In this document: in pieces, positions 18,901 through 27,864 of the stretch
Layout of the letters: the number at the start of each line of letters is the position of its first letter
Position numbering within the stretch: the first letter of the stretch is position 1
Origin: a virus
Lineage: Duplodnaviria; Caudoviricetes
Reading direction: 5' to 3' (one strand)
Virus record (IMG/VR): IMGVR_UViG_3300043313_000605
Location: 129 to 64,128 of that record
Length of the DNA stretch: 64,000 bases
Translations under genes and position numbers: made by a program
The notes under the pieces: generated by a model
Database searches by the model: none
Seen by the model: the letters and a program-made list of their open reading frames with translations, nothing else
Told to the model about the DNA's origin: nothing

Positions 18901-19590
18901 CTAGGCGGGTTGCGGGAGTGCTGGCTCATAGTCGGCCAAGCGTTCGGTCAGGTCTACGCGTGGCGTTCGAACGTACGCGCCCGTGATGCGATCATAGTGC
19001 CCGTTGGTCAGCCGGAACTCGTCGTACCCAAACTGCATCCAGCCGCTTTCCACGCCTAGCTCACGCTGTGCGGTGGTGGCGAAGTTGATGCCGTCCAACA
19101 CGACGGTGCGACGAGCCTCGATCTCCTCGTCGGCCGGCGCATACACATGCGCCAATGAAATCTCGCTGCGCTCGTACGCCTCGGCCAACTCTGCATCGAG
19201 AGCGTCCGGCAGATGCTGCGCGTACTGACCATACGGTTTGGTCTGTCCCATGCCTTTCAGCGCAGGAATGTCGTTCAGGGTGGTGATGAATGTCGCGACG
19301 TCCATGTCGAGACGATACCAGTCGTACAACCGTTGCGCGATCGTGCGCGAGAACTCGACCGGCGATGACGACTCACGCGCGATGCGCGTGTTGCTGATGC
19401 CGGTTGCGAAGATGAGCGCACCGACCGCGCAGTGACCAGCCGCAGCACAGACCAGCTTTCCCGGCACGAGCAGCGAGTCGGCCTCGATCACCTTCCGCAT
19501 CCGTTCGACGTCTTCCTCGCGCGGAATCTTGACGTCAGCCGGGATGTTCGGATTCTCCAGCACCAGCGACAGCCTGTTCTTTCGAGCCAT
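18901..19590 (-). CDS. hypothetical protein
   Basis: HCAVGAL motif; leader palindrome + TCACGTTCACTG + GAGGAGG. Confidence 0.75.
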   Translation of the reverse strand: MARKNRLSLVLENPNIPADVKIPREEDVERMRKVIEADSLLVPGKLVCAAAGHCAVGALIFATGISNTRIARESSSPVEFSRTIAQRLYDWYRLDMDVATFITTLNDIPALKGMGQTKPYGQYAQHLPDALDAELAEAYERSEISLAHVYAPADEEIEARRTVVLDGINFATTAQRELGVESGWMQFGYDEFRLTNGHYDRITGAYVRTPRVDLTERLADYEPALPQPA

Positions 19591-19658
19591 GTGATCCCTC
19601 CTCAACAGTGAACGTGAAACGTGCAGGGCACAACGGTTGTGCCCTGCACGGGTCTTAC

Positions 19659-20291
19659 TTACCAGACTTCCTCGCCGTCGTCGAGATCGTCGTCGAGATC
19701 GTCGTCGTCGAATCCCTCGCCCACAGGCGACTCCTCGCTGCTCGGCGTTGCTGGCGCCGGACGATCGTCGGTGTAGTACCGCACTTCCTCGATCCCATCG
19801 CCTTCGTTGCCAGCGCGCAGGATCACGTAGTCGCGCAGGTAACGCGGATCGCGATGGACCGGATAGTCCACATCCGGCGTCGCGATCACGCCCTCACGCT
19901 CGATCACGGTGCTGGCTGGCACGCGCCACAGCCCGTGCTCCCCTTCCTTCGTGACGAGCGCTGGCTGGAAGCGCGACGGCTCGTAGTCGTGCGGCACCGT
20001 CAGGTCCGACTTCGGCACCACCTGCTGCACCGAGACGATGTGTCGCCCCGAGATGACTTCGCGCTCTCGAATCAGCACCGCCTCGCCAGACGCCGGATGC
20101 ACGCGCGAGACGACTTTCCATGCATTGAACGTATCGGTCCCACTGAACACCTTCTGTGCGTACTGCTGCACCTTCGACAGCTTGTCGAACTCTGAGATGA
20201 CCTGACGGCCATCGTCCAACGTCGCCATGAGAAACATATTCTCTCCAATGTGGCGGTAAACGCAGTACGCGCCTTGCGGCCTCCAACGCAC
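19659..20291 (-). CDS. hypothetical protein with acidic tail
   Basis: 210-aa ORF, D/E-rich C-terminus; GTTCACTGAAGG leader. Confidence 0.7.
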   Translation of the reverse strand: MRWRPQGAYCVYRHIGENMFLMATLDDGRQVISEFDKLSKVQQYAQKVFSGTDTFNAWKVVSRVHPASGEAVLIREREVISGRHIVSVQQVVPKSDLTVPHDYEPSRFQPALVTKEGEHGLWRVPASTVIEREGVIATPDVDYPVHRDPRYLRDYVILRAGNEGDGIEEVRYYTDDRPAPATPSSEESPVGEGFDDDDLDDDLDDGEEVW

Positions 20292-20324
20292 TGCCCTTCA
20301 GTGAACGCTCTGCAATTTACTCGA

Positions 20325-20567
20325 TCAGTCAGTCACGCGCAACGCTCCGAGACCAGCATATTCCAGATATAGTAGGAACGTTGTCGCGCCGAGTTTCTTT
20401 GTTGGAAATGGCAAGCCAGTCATGTCTTGCACGCGCACTACGACGTCTTCCATGTACCGTCGCTTCGGCTCTGGCCGACTCCAATTGAGCCGCGCCATCT
20501 TCCGCACGACCGCCTGAAACGTCTTCCCCTCGAAGATCAGGCCGTCACTTGTGGTGAACATGATCAT
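20325..20567 (-). CDS. hypothetical protein coupled to the amidoligase
   Basis: ATGA overlap; GGGAGAG RBS. Confidence 0.65.
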   Translation of the reverse strand: MIMFTTSDGLIFEGKTFQAVVRKMARLNWSRPEPKRRYMEDVVVRVQDMTGLPFPTKKLGATTFLLYLEYAGLGALRVTD

Positions 20568-21658
20568 CGCACTCTCCCGCGCGCTGCGCGCCGGTTCGCG
20601 CGCAGCAACTCTATACGCTGCTGCTCGACAGCGGTGACCGTCTGATCTTGCGTAATCACGAGCGGATTCACCTGACCGCGCAACCGTTGTGCTGCCGCTG
20701 ACGGCATCCGCGACGCTGGCGCATGTGCCAGCGTCCGGATGCGCGCCAACGGGTCCAGATCGAGCCGTCTGCTCTCCAACTCCGGATTCCACGCGATGCG
20801 CCGATTCTCGATCCACTGCATCAGATCGCGCGTGACCGGATGCGCGTGCGGCTCACGCAGGCCGAGCACCGCGCCCACGTACTCCGTGTCGATCGCCCGC
20901 ATGCGCTGGCGCGGCACGTACGGCTCCAGCGCCACGTTCGTCTTCGCACGCTCAACGAGCGACAGCATGAGCATCGCCCATTCGCGCATCTCCTGATAGC
21001 TGATCGTGCCGTGGTGCAAGCGAACCTCGATCCGGCCAGAGTGCCACCACGGGCGCAGGTTGAGTGCGATGCGCGGCCAATTGTCCGGGTTGGCGTGATC
21101 GCGCGCGCCCGTGATCATCCGATGGACGTTGGTCCAATGAAAACTCGGCTGCCCATCCAACTCGTACGTACAGAGCGGCGCGCAGTACGAGCGCGCGCGC
21201 CGGTACGGCGGCACGAGCGAAAACCAGAACGGCTCGTAGCGCGCCCAGAGCCACACGAGATTCTGCACCTGCGCCCACGAGAGATCGCGCGTCTCGATAT
21301 GCATGTGCAGGCCGCACGAGTTGTTCACCACCGGATCGAGCGCCGCGAAGTGATGGCAGACGCGCTCTAGCTCCTCGTTCTGTCCTTCCGCATTCAGTTG
21401 CAGCGCACGGCTCGCGACTTCCCAGCCGGACGTCGCATCCGTCTTGACGTCCCATGTATTGCCGTCGCTCTTGTACCACCCAACCTCACGCGGGTTGAGA
21501 TAGCGCGCTGGCGCCCCGACGTCAGACAGCGCGTTCGCAACCGCCGTTTTGAGCGAGCGCGCTTGCAGCGCCCTGCGGTTCCGCCGCTGCTTGTTGATCT
21601 CGATCTCGATCCCGATGTTCCGGCCCATCCACGGCGCGTACAGACGATTAGTAGGCAT
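20564..21658 (-). CDS. putative amidoligase (COOH-NH2 ligase, Amidoligase_2-like)
   Basis: IGIEIE, WDVKTDATS, WEVAS, NNSCGLHMHI, RIEVRLHHGT motifs. Confidence 0.85.
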   Translation of the reverse strand: MPTNRLYAPWMGRNIGIEIEINKQRRNRRALQARSLKTAVANALSDVGAPARYLNPREVGWYKSDGNTWDVKTDATSGWEVASRALQLNAEGQNEELERVCHHFAALDPVVNNSCGLHMHIETRDLSWAQVQNLVWLWARYEPFWFSLVPPYRRARSYCAPLCTYELDGQPSFHWTNVHRMITGARDHANPDNWPRIALNLRPWWHSGRIEVRLHHGTISYQEMREWAMLMLSLVERAKTNVALEPYVPRQRMRAIDTEYVGAVLGLREPHAHPVTRDLMQWIENRRIAWNPELESRRLDLDPLARIRTLAHAPASRMPSAAAQRLRGQVNPLVITQDQTVTAVEQQRIELLRANRRAARGRVR

Positions 21659-22670
21659 GCATATCCAGTGAAAGTTGTTCCTCGACCGCACGCAACTTCT
21701 GGTCAACGATGATCTTTTGCAACGTCTGGACGCGAGCCTCTAGCTTCTCAATGCGGTCCTGAAGGTCGCGCAGTGAGATCAACTTCGCCGGCTCATCCGA
21801 CTCCCTCGTATACGGGCGCATCTGGTCCATCGAATACGACTCACGCGATGACGAGCCAGTCCACCGCTCCGCATCTCCGCGCGAGATCGCGAGCGTGCCC
21901 CACGACCGATCCGCCTCCAGCGTCTTCTGCGCCGGCTGGCCCTGCGCGAAGCGCGCCATGTTGATGCGCAGCGCGCGGTCAGCCGGTAGCTCACGAATCG
22001 TGTAGTCCTTTGGCTTGAACCCGTGGCGCTTCAACACCCGCACGATGTTGGTGCCTAGTGAATTCCAGACGAGCATCTTCATGTTCGGAATCCACGCGTA
22101 CGCGAGCACACCCTGCTGCGAGCGCGCCAGATACAGATGCTCGCCCTTCGTCCATGAGAGTGCGAAGTACCCCTCAACCTGCTCCAGCGCCGCAAGCGGG
22201 TCTTCGTTGACGTCGAGCAGCGCGAACACCGCTTCTGAGTCCACCTTCCACTTCAGCTTCTGCGCAGCCACCAGCTTGTCCTTCACCAACCGTTGTTCGA
22301 CTTTCTTCCAGTTGCTGATGATCCCATTGTGGCACCCAACGACGTTGCCGATCTGGAATGGGTGCGCGCAGTCGTCACGCGACGCGTTGTCGTGCGACGC
22401 ACGGCGCGTGTGCAACTGGATCGCGACCGTGGACGCGTCGATCTCCTGATCGAGAATCTTCTGCCACGGCTCGCTCGCGCGCACGACGGACGCCTTGGAT
22501 GCCGTCTTCCAGACGAACGGGTTGTCGAACGCATCGATGTGCGTGATCGCGATGCCGGTCGCATGGGAGCCACGATCCTCGATCGTGCCCACCAGTTGAT
22601 CCGTCATCTCGCGCGCCAACTCCAGCGAGTTGCCGTCAGCCTGCCTGAGAATACCTGCCAGTCCGCACAT
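21648..22670 (-). CDS. class II (Ntn) glutamine amidotransferase
   Basis: N-terminal MCGLAG, RGSHATG, HTRRAS, AHPF, HNGII, VDSEA. Confidence 0.9.
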   Translation of the reverse strand: MCGLAGILRQADGNSLELAREMTDQLVGTIEDRGSHATGIAITHIDAFDNPFVWKTASKASVVRASEPWQKILDQEIDASTVAIQLHTRRASHDNASRDDCAHPFQIGNVVGCHNGIISNWKKVEQRLVKDKLVAAQKLKWKVDSEAVFALLDVNEDPLAALEQVEGYFALSWTKGEHLYLARSQQGVLAYAWIPNMKMLVWNSLGTNIVRVLKRHGFKPKDYTIRELPADRALRINMARFAQGQPAQKTLEADRSWGTLAISRGDAERWTGSSSRESYSMDQMRPYTRESDEPAKLISLRDLQDRIEKLEARVQTLQKIIVDQKLRAVEEQLSLDMHAY

Positions 22671-23101
22671 TATCGTGATGCCCTCGGAAATGCCGCACGC
22701 GACCAGAACGTCCCGATCGGTGTCGCCCGCGACTCCTCGATCGTCTCGATCGTCGCCACGTAGATGTACGCATCGACGCGCTCGCCGTTCTCCAGATACG
22801 CCTCCGTCAACTCACGACGATAGAGCCCGCGCGACACGCCTTCGTACATGTCGAGCAACTCCAGCATGCGCGTTGGATTATCCAACTCGACGACTTCACC
22901 CTGCACGATCTTTCGGTCTTCGGTCAGTGTGTCGTCAGTGAACGCCATCGGATAGGCGCGATGCTCTGGCAGGTACAGCGTGTAGCCATAGACGACCGCA
23001 GGAATGTGCGGACCAACCTCGCCCCACGCCATTAGCGGTGATCTAGGCTCGTCGCCATACGTCTTCAATGTTCCGTACACGAACAGATGCTTGGTGGACA
23101 T
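22670..23101 (-). CDS. gamma-glutamylcyclotransferase (AIG2-like)
   Basis: LFVYGTLK, VQGEV, LDMYEG...YRR motifs. Confidence 0.88.
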   Translation of the reverse strand: MSTKHLFVYGTLKTYGDEPRSPLMAWGEVGPHIPAVVYGYTLYLPEHRAYPMAFTDDTLTEDRKIVQGEVVELDNPTRMLELLDMYEGVSRGLYRRELTEAYLENGERVDAYIYVATIETIEESRATPIGTFWSRAAFPRASR

Positions 23102-23129
23102 CGTACCCCCTCAGTGAACGTGATTCAAT

Positions 23130-23498
23130 CTAGCGGTTTCTGTATCGATCCACAACTGTCTGCTTGAAGTGTCTGTCGCCTTTCCCGAGTACCACATCGA
23201 TCAGACAATCGGGGCACGTCAGCACATGATCCATGACCACGGCTGCACGCGTCGCCCATCGCTCGTCTTCGCGCATCAATCGGCTCCGTACTAGCTCGCG
23301 CACAATCAGATGTTGCAGCCGCTTGCGCGTTGCGTCGTCGAGTGATTTCGCACGGCCGGCCAGCACATGCCGCAGGTACGGCTCGCTCCGATGCAGCGCC
23401 TTCGCCAGCTTCCGGATCGAGCCGCCAGCCACCGCATGCTTCGCATCGTCGATCAGCCGCTTGTCGTCGGTATCGAGCGTGTATTGTCTACGCGGCAT
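23130..23498 (-). CDS. Cro/XRE-like HTH protein
   Basis: SIRKLAKALHRSEPYLRHVLAG helix-turn-helix pattern. Confidence 0.65.
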   Translation of the reverse strand: MPRRQYTLDTDDKRLIDDAKHAVAGGSIRKLAKALHRSEPYLRHVLAGRAKSLDDATRKRLQHLIVRELVRSRLMREDERWATRAAVVMDHVLTCPDCLIDVVLGKGDRHFKQTVVDRYRNR

Positions 23499-24813
23499 GC
23501 GCCACCATATCCCGCACGAGCCCCAGTGCCTCGTGCAATTCATCGGACCGGCGATTCGGCTCGGCTGGCATCGCACGCACCGCTGCCTCGATCAGCGCGA
23601 TGGCGTTGGTATACGACCGATCGCTGGCGATGCGTTCAATGATCTCCTCCCGAGTGAGCCCGTTCGGCACTTGGATGCGTGCAGCCGGCTGCGGCGCCAC
23701 ACTCTGCTGCCCTTCAGCGAATCCTTCTCGACGCGCTCGCTCGATGGCTTGCTGCACATGCGACCGTCGTTCTGTCGCACTCTCCACCGGCTGCCGGCGC
23801 CGTGTCGCTTCCGTCACGAGCCGGTTGTGTTCTTCCAGTGTGATGTACGTCGCGTTGTTGTAGCGCATCATCTGCGTACCAGCAACCGGCTCGACACCAG
23901 TCACGTTTGATACGGCAGCCCGCGCCGTCGCGATGCGATTCTCCAGCCGCTGCACAATGTCCTGATGATGCTGGAAGCTGATGAATCGCTGACCGTCTGC
24001 TTCAATCAGATGATCGTTGATGCGCGTGATCGCTGGCGCCTGCAATGGCGTTGACAGCCATGTTCTTTCTGGCTCGTGATCGAACGACAGCCCCGTTATC
24101 TGAAACGTATTCGGCGCCGGCCGTGTTAGCTCGACGACCGTATCCATCGCCGACTCTGGGTCGTGCTGGCCCGCCGCTCGCTCCACCATCGCTGGCGTGA
24201 TCTCATCCTCGTGAGACGAACCCCAGATGCGACGCAGCGCACGCTGTGACGACGCTGGCATGCGTGCGACCTGATTCGCGAGCCGTACACTCAGTTCGCC
24301 GCGCACGAGCGCGTTCCGCATCACTGGCGTCAGGTTCGCCAGCGCGCGACGGGAACGCACCTGCGAGACGGACATGCCGAGATGCCGTGCGATCTCCGTC
24401 TCTTGGACGCCAGCCGCGACGAGTATCTGGATCGCGCGCAGATCGACGATCGGATTCTCGCCCCGCTGGTAGTTCTCCGTCAGCATCATCGCCGCCACAA
24501 CCGTTGTTGGCGTCTCACGCGGCAAGACCGTCGCTGGAATGAACAGGAGCCCAGCCCGAAACGCTGCCGCCACGCGGCGCCGGCCGGCGATGATCTTGTA
24601 CGTGTACGCATCCGGTACCGGATGCTCCAGCAGCGTCACCGGCTGCAACACACCGAAGCGACGGATGCTCTGCACGAAATCATCCGGCAGATCGCTTGGG
24701 TCGAATCCGTCCGGATCGATTATCGCAAGAGAGACTTGCCGTAGCGTCACGACTGGCCGCGCAGTGCCGTACAGTGTCCGTTCAGTTTGTGATGGTGCGC
24801 GTCTCGCTGGCAT
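23488..24813 (-). CDS. ParB/Spo0J/KorB-family protein (ParB N-domain + HTH + long C-terminus)
   Basis: SIRRFGVLQPVTL...YKIIAGRRRVAA (GxRR box), LTENYQR, ETEIARHLGMSVSQVRSR. Confidence 0.85.
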   Translation of the reverse strand: MPARRAPSQTERTLYGTARPVVTLRQVSLAIIDPDGFDPSDLPDDFVQSIRRFGVLQPVTLLEHPVPDAYTYKIIAGRRRVAAAFRAGLLFIPATVLPRETPTTVVAAMMLTENYQRGENPIVDLRAIQILVAAGVQETEIARHLGMSVSQVRSRRALANLTPVMRNALVRGELSVRLANQVARMPASSQRALRRIWGSSHEDEITPAMVERAAGQHDPESAMDTVVELTRPAPNTFQITGLSFDHEPERTWLSTPLQAPAITRINDHLIEADGQRFISFQHHQDIVQRLENRIATARAAVSNVTGVEPVAGTQMMRYNNATYITLEEHNRLVTEATRRRQPVESATERRSHVQQAIERARREGFAEGQQSVAPQPAARIQVPNGLTREEIIERIASDRSYTNAIALIEAAVRAMPAEPNRRSDELHEALGLVRDMVAHAA

Positions 24814-24816
24814 CGG

Positions 24817-25053
24817 CTATCCGCGTGTGAGTTTCCAGAGTTTGTCCATCTCGGCCGCGTTGTTGCTGACGGCCATCGAGAGTATCGTGATCCGATCCTT
24901 CACGTCGTAGTTGTTGAACTGGTCATCCATCGGCTGCACACTCACCATCGCCGTTAGAAACGAGATTTCGTCATGGATGCGACCGATCTGCGCACGCACC
25001 GCGTCCAGCCGCTGTGCGATCTCACGGTTGGTCGCTGCACGATTAAAGCCCAT
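24817..25053 (-). CDS. hypothetical coiled-coil protein
   Basis: GGAGAAGG RBS; helical composition. Confidence 0.55.
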   Translation of the reverse strand: MGFNRAATNREIAQRLDAVRAQIGRIHDEISFLTAMVSVQPMDDQFNNYDVKDRITILSMAVSNNAAEMDKLWKLTRG

Positions 25054-25309
25054 TCGCCTTCTCCGTGAGCGCGTAGACGTGACCAATCCCCGGCCCTTTG
25101 CCGGCCTGACGAATCACCCCACGCAGATAGAGCCCATGCACGGTCTGCATGTTCACGGTCTTTGACTCACCGCCGCGACCAGCACCGCCTTTCTGAATCC
25201 ATGCGCCGCCGTCAATTCCGCCGTTAGTCGCGAGTTGCCACCCGTTCTTCATCAGATCGATCACGTCGCGTTGCGTCTTACTCAGTGGACGGTTCTGCGT
25301 TTTCGTCAT
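25043..25309 (-). CDS. putative winged-helix protein
   Basis: LSKTQRDVIDLM...TVHGLYLRGVI...YALTEKA; GGAGGAG RBS. Confidence 0.6.
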   Translation of the reverse strand: MTKTQNRPLSKTQRDVIDLMKNGWQLATNGGIDGGAWIQKGGAGRGGESKTVNMQTVHGLYLRGVIRQAGKGPGIGHVYALTEKANGL

Positions 25310-25694
25310 TGCGTCTCCTCCGTGGTTCGCGTGGCGTCTCCAGCCCGAGTCGCGCATTCGCAACCTCGACTAGCTGGCCGACGTATTTCTTCACCTGCTT
25401 CCGGACGAATACCCGCTGCTTGTCCGTCAACCGTTGTCCCTCTGGTGCGCGGAAGCGCCACCGATCCACCTGCTGCGCCATGCTCGTGAGCATGCCCGAT
25501 CCAACAGAGCCCCATCCACGGCCATTGTGCTCTGTCGTCGCGCCGGCCTGCTGCTCGTCCGTCGTCTGGCGTGCGTAGAGCACGAGCAGCGCGCGCTCGA
25601 CAGCGACGTCACTGCGATCGAGTAGGTCCAGCATGGCGGCACGCGTCCATGGCGTTCCCGGCTCGTGACGCACAACGGTTGGTGGCGCTGTCAT
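25278..25694 (-). CDS. conserved phage hypothetical protein
   Basis: RALLVLYARQTTDEQ...HNGRG...LTDKQ...KYVGQL motif pattern. Confidence 0.7.
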   Translation of the reverse strand: MTAPPTVVRHEPGTPWTRAAMLDLLDRSDVAVERALLVLYARQTTDEQQAGATTEHNGRGWGSVGSGMLTSMAQQVDRWRFRAPEGQRLTDKQRVFVRKQVKKYVGQLVEVANARLGLETPREPRRRRNDENAEPSTE

Positions 25695-25873
25695 TTCCGG
25701 CTCCAGCCGAGCAGCGGCGCGACCGCGCTCTCGGAACCGAACGCCTGCGCTGTCTCTGCTTTTTCGACACGACTCAGGAACATCGCAGCATCGAACGTGT
25801 TATCGAAGTCGTACACACGATCTCCTCTGGTCGTTTCGAGACTCACGACAACGTTTACGCTTTTGATCTTCAT
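25691..25873 (-). CDS. hypothetical protein
   Basis: ATGA-coupled; GGAGAG RBS. Confidence 0.5.
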   Translation of the reverse strand: MKIKSVNVVVSLETTRGDRVYDFDNTFDAAMFLSRVEKAETAQAFGSESAVAPLLGWSRK

Positions 25874-26154
25874 ACGTAGCTCTCCGCTGTCATCCGGCAC
25901 AGACGCTTGAAGCATCGCTCGCCGCACGTATCGACGTGCTCGCGTACCGGCTCCAGCGACTTGCCGCAGATCACACAGTGGTGGATGTCTTTCGTGTAGC
26001 ACGCGCAGCCCGTGAGCGCCGGAAAGAGCGCGTGCTGAAGGTCGTGCTTCTGCGCCAGCGCGCGCTGCACGAGTGCGTCAACGTTGCCGCCGTCAACGAT
26101 CACGACGGCTACTTCTGAACGCTCCGGATGGATACGACCCTCATGTTGATCCAT
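25870..26154 (-). CDS. Zn-finger protein
   Basis: HCVICGK...TCGERC. Confidence 0.6.
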   Translation of the reverse strand: MDQHEGRIHPERSEVAVVIVDGGNVDALVQRALAQKHDLQHALFPALTGCACYTKDIHHCVICGKSLEPVREHVDTCGERCFKRLCRMTAESYV

Positions 26155-26528
26155 TACCAGTCTGAGCCTCCACCCCCGCCAGAGAATCCGCCACCACCGC
26201 CAAAACCAGTGTCATTGCTACTGCTTGTGTCGGTGCTGCTTCCACCGAAATCAATGAAGTTGGACACGTCCAATGCGTTTCGGTCTTCCTCGTCAGCTTG
26301 GCGACGCCGACGCTGCAACTCCTCGTCTTCCTCGCGCCGACGACGCGCTGCACGCGCCTCACGCGCTTCCTCCTCGGCTTGCTGACGACGGCGCGTCGCT
26401 CGCTTCGATGCCTCTTGTGTCAGCGCACGCAACCGCATGACATCATCGGTCGAAAACATGCGCTTCAGTTTCAGCGATGCAATTTCTGCCGCGAGCGCGT
26501 GGTCAGCCATATCTGCTGGTTTCGTCAT
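26154..26528 (-). CDS. hypothetical protein with Gly/Ser-rich tail
   Basis: Charged helix followed by FGGGGGFSGGGGGSDW. Confidence 0.7.
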   Translation of the reverse strand: MTKPADMADHALAAEIASLKLKRMFSTDDVMRLRALTQEASKRATRRRQQAEEEAREARAARRRREEDEELQRRRRQADEEDRNALDVSNFIDFGGSSTDTSSSNDTGFGGGGGFSGGGGGSDW

Positions 26529-26776
26529 CAGATTTCCCCCCGTGATTTAGCTTCCCTGCGCAGCTTCCGTTGCAGCGCCTTCTCGCGCCGTAGCTCGCGC
26601 GCATGGAGATCGGCGGCACGCAGGAATGCGTGCCCGTACGGCAACAGGTAGCTCGTCTTCCGGCCTTTCTCGCGCAGGCGAATGCCGTGCTGCTCCAACT
26701 CGACGGTCAACACCTGATTCCGTAACGTGAAGACCGTGCGCTTCAGCTTGCGCTCTGGGTTGAGTGGGCGGGGCAT
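26528..26776 (-). CDS. small basic protein
   Basis: IRLREKGRKTSY; TAATG coupling. Confidence 0.65.
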   Translation of the reverse strand: MPRPLNPERKLKRTVFTLRNQVLTVELEQHGIRLREKGRKTSYLLPYGHAFLRAADLHARELRREKALQRKLRREAKSRGEI

Positions 26777-27045
26777 TAGCGCGCCAACTCCGCTGCGTTG
26801 AAGACGACCAGCCACCACTTCGGTCGCGGATCACGCGGGTCGTTGAACACGCGAAACTCCTCTGGCGTGTCGCAGTACGCCGCCGCCTCGAATGGTCCGT
26901 TGTCCACGACGCACACCAGATTCTCGCGCCAGAACATCGGCCTCGGCTCGATCAGTTCGGTGCCGGGAACATGCTCCAATAGAAACTTCGCCTTGCCTTT
27001 GACCGGCAGTGGTCCTGCCGGCGTGTCGTTGATATAGAGTCCCAC
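26776..27045 (-). CDS. hypothetical protein (first gene of the leftward arm)
   Basis: VCVVDNGPFEAA...DPRPKWW; CACTGGAGGAG RBS, GTG start. Confidence 0.75.
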   Translation of the reverse strand: MGLYINDTPAGPLPVKGKAKFLLEHVPGTELIEPRPMFWRENLVCVVDNGPFEAAAYCDTPEEFRVFNDPRDPRPKWWLVVFNAAELAR

Positions 27046-27090
27046 GTCTCCTCCAGTGGACTGTCCGTTCAGTGAACTGCTGATGACCTA

Positions 27091-27118
27091 ATCATAGTCA
27101 GTCTGACGCAGGAGTCAA
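27091..27118 (-). promoter_or_regulatory. sigma70-like promoter for the leftward early arm
   Basis: TTGACT-N16-TATGAT on the minus strand in an AT-rich intergenic region. Confidence 0.6.
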
Positions 27119-27267
27119 CCCCCTCGGTCATCTGGGGTGGAATAGTTCACCTGATGAAGCAATAGCACACACACGACGATTTTCGGGACCGAAATATTTT
27201 CAAGCTCGAAAATGAGTTGAACGTAATTCCGATTTGGAAACTGCCTTGTGTGTGTTATTCTTCTCTC

Positions 27268-27297
27268 TTGACAGATATGTATTGACTAGACTATTCT
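27268..27297 (+). promoter_or_regulatory. sigma70-like promoter for the plus-strand gene
   Basis: TTGACA-N18-TATTCT upstream of GTTCACTGGAGG-ATG. Confidence 0.5.
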
Positions 27298-27330
27298 CGT
27301 TATGGGACATCCCGTTCACTGGAGGAAAAA

Positions 27331-27864
27331 ATGCCTGAGATCAGTAAGAAAGAGCCACGCATTTCACCTAAAGCGTTTGCTGATATCACAGACGCTATCT
27401 TCGCGAAGGGCAATCACTTCACTGGCGTCTCGATTGCCGCGCACATGGGCCAGAAGCAGTATCAGCTTTGGACTGCGGTAAAATCGCGGGGCTTGACGGC
27501 CGGCGAGGCTCGCATGTTCTCCGACGCGCTCGATCAATGGTCCATCGAGTTGATGAACATGGCGAGAAAGATGAGGCGGCTTGCTACCGAACTGGAGGGT
27601 GGGACTCTCCCGCCCATGCTCCCGCTCGCTGAAGCGCGGCGCGCGGCGCGGCCTCATGTGTATGCTGCGGCAGACGGACCCATCCTGAGCGCTCCGGATT
27701 ACGCGGATCACGGACTACCGGCAGAGGAGCGCGCAGCCGAGCGCGCCAGCGCCGAGCCCGAGACCGAATCCGCGCAGGACGACGAGCCGGTTGCGTCTCC
27801 GCTCGACATCGAGCCGGCGCGCGCCGACGTCGATGAGCCCGTGCAGCGTAGCCGCTTCGCCTGA
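27331..27864 (+). CDS. only plus-strand gene; putative HTH regulator
   Basis: Strong GGAGG RBS; FTGVSIAAHMGQKQYQLWTAVK is HTH-like; divergent from the early arm. Confidence 0.65.
   Translation: MPEISKKEPRISPKAFADITDAIFAKGNHFTGVSIAAHMGQKQYQLWTAVKSRGLTAGEARMFSDALDQWSIELMNMARKMRRLATELEGGTLPPMLPLAEARRAARPHVYAAADGPILSAPDYADHGLPAEERAAERASAEPETESAQDDEPVASPLDIEPARADVDEPVQRSRFA

Noticed and set aside
19606-19620. GAACGTGAAAC resembling half of the chromosomal parS consensus (TGTTTCACGTGAAACA)
   Set aside because: Only a half match, not palindromic, and better explained as the start-associated motif
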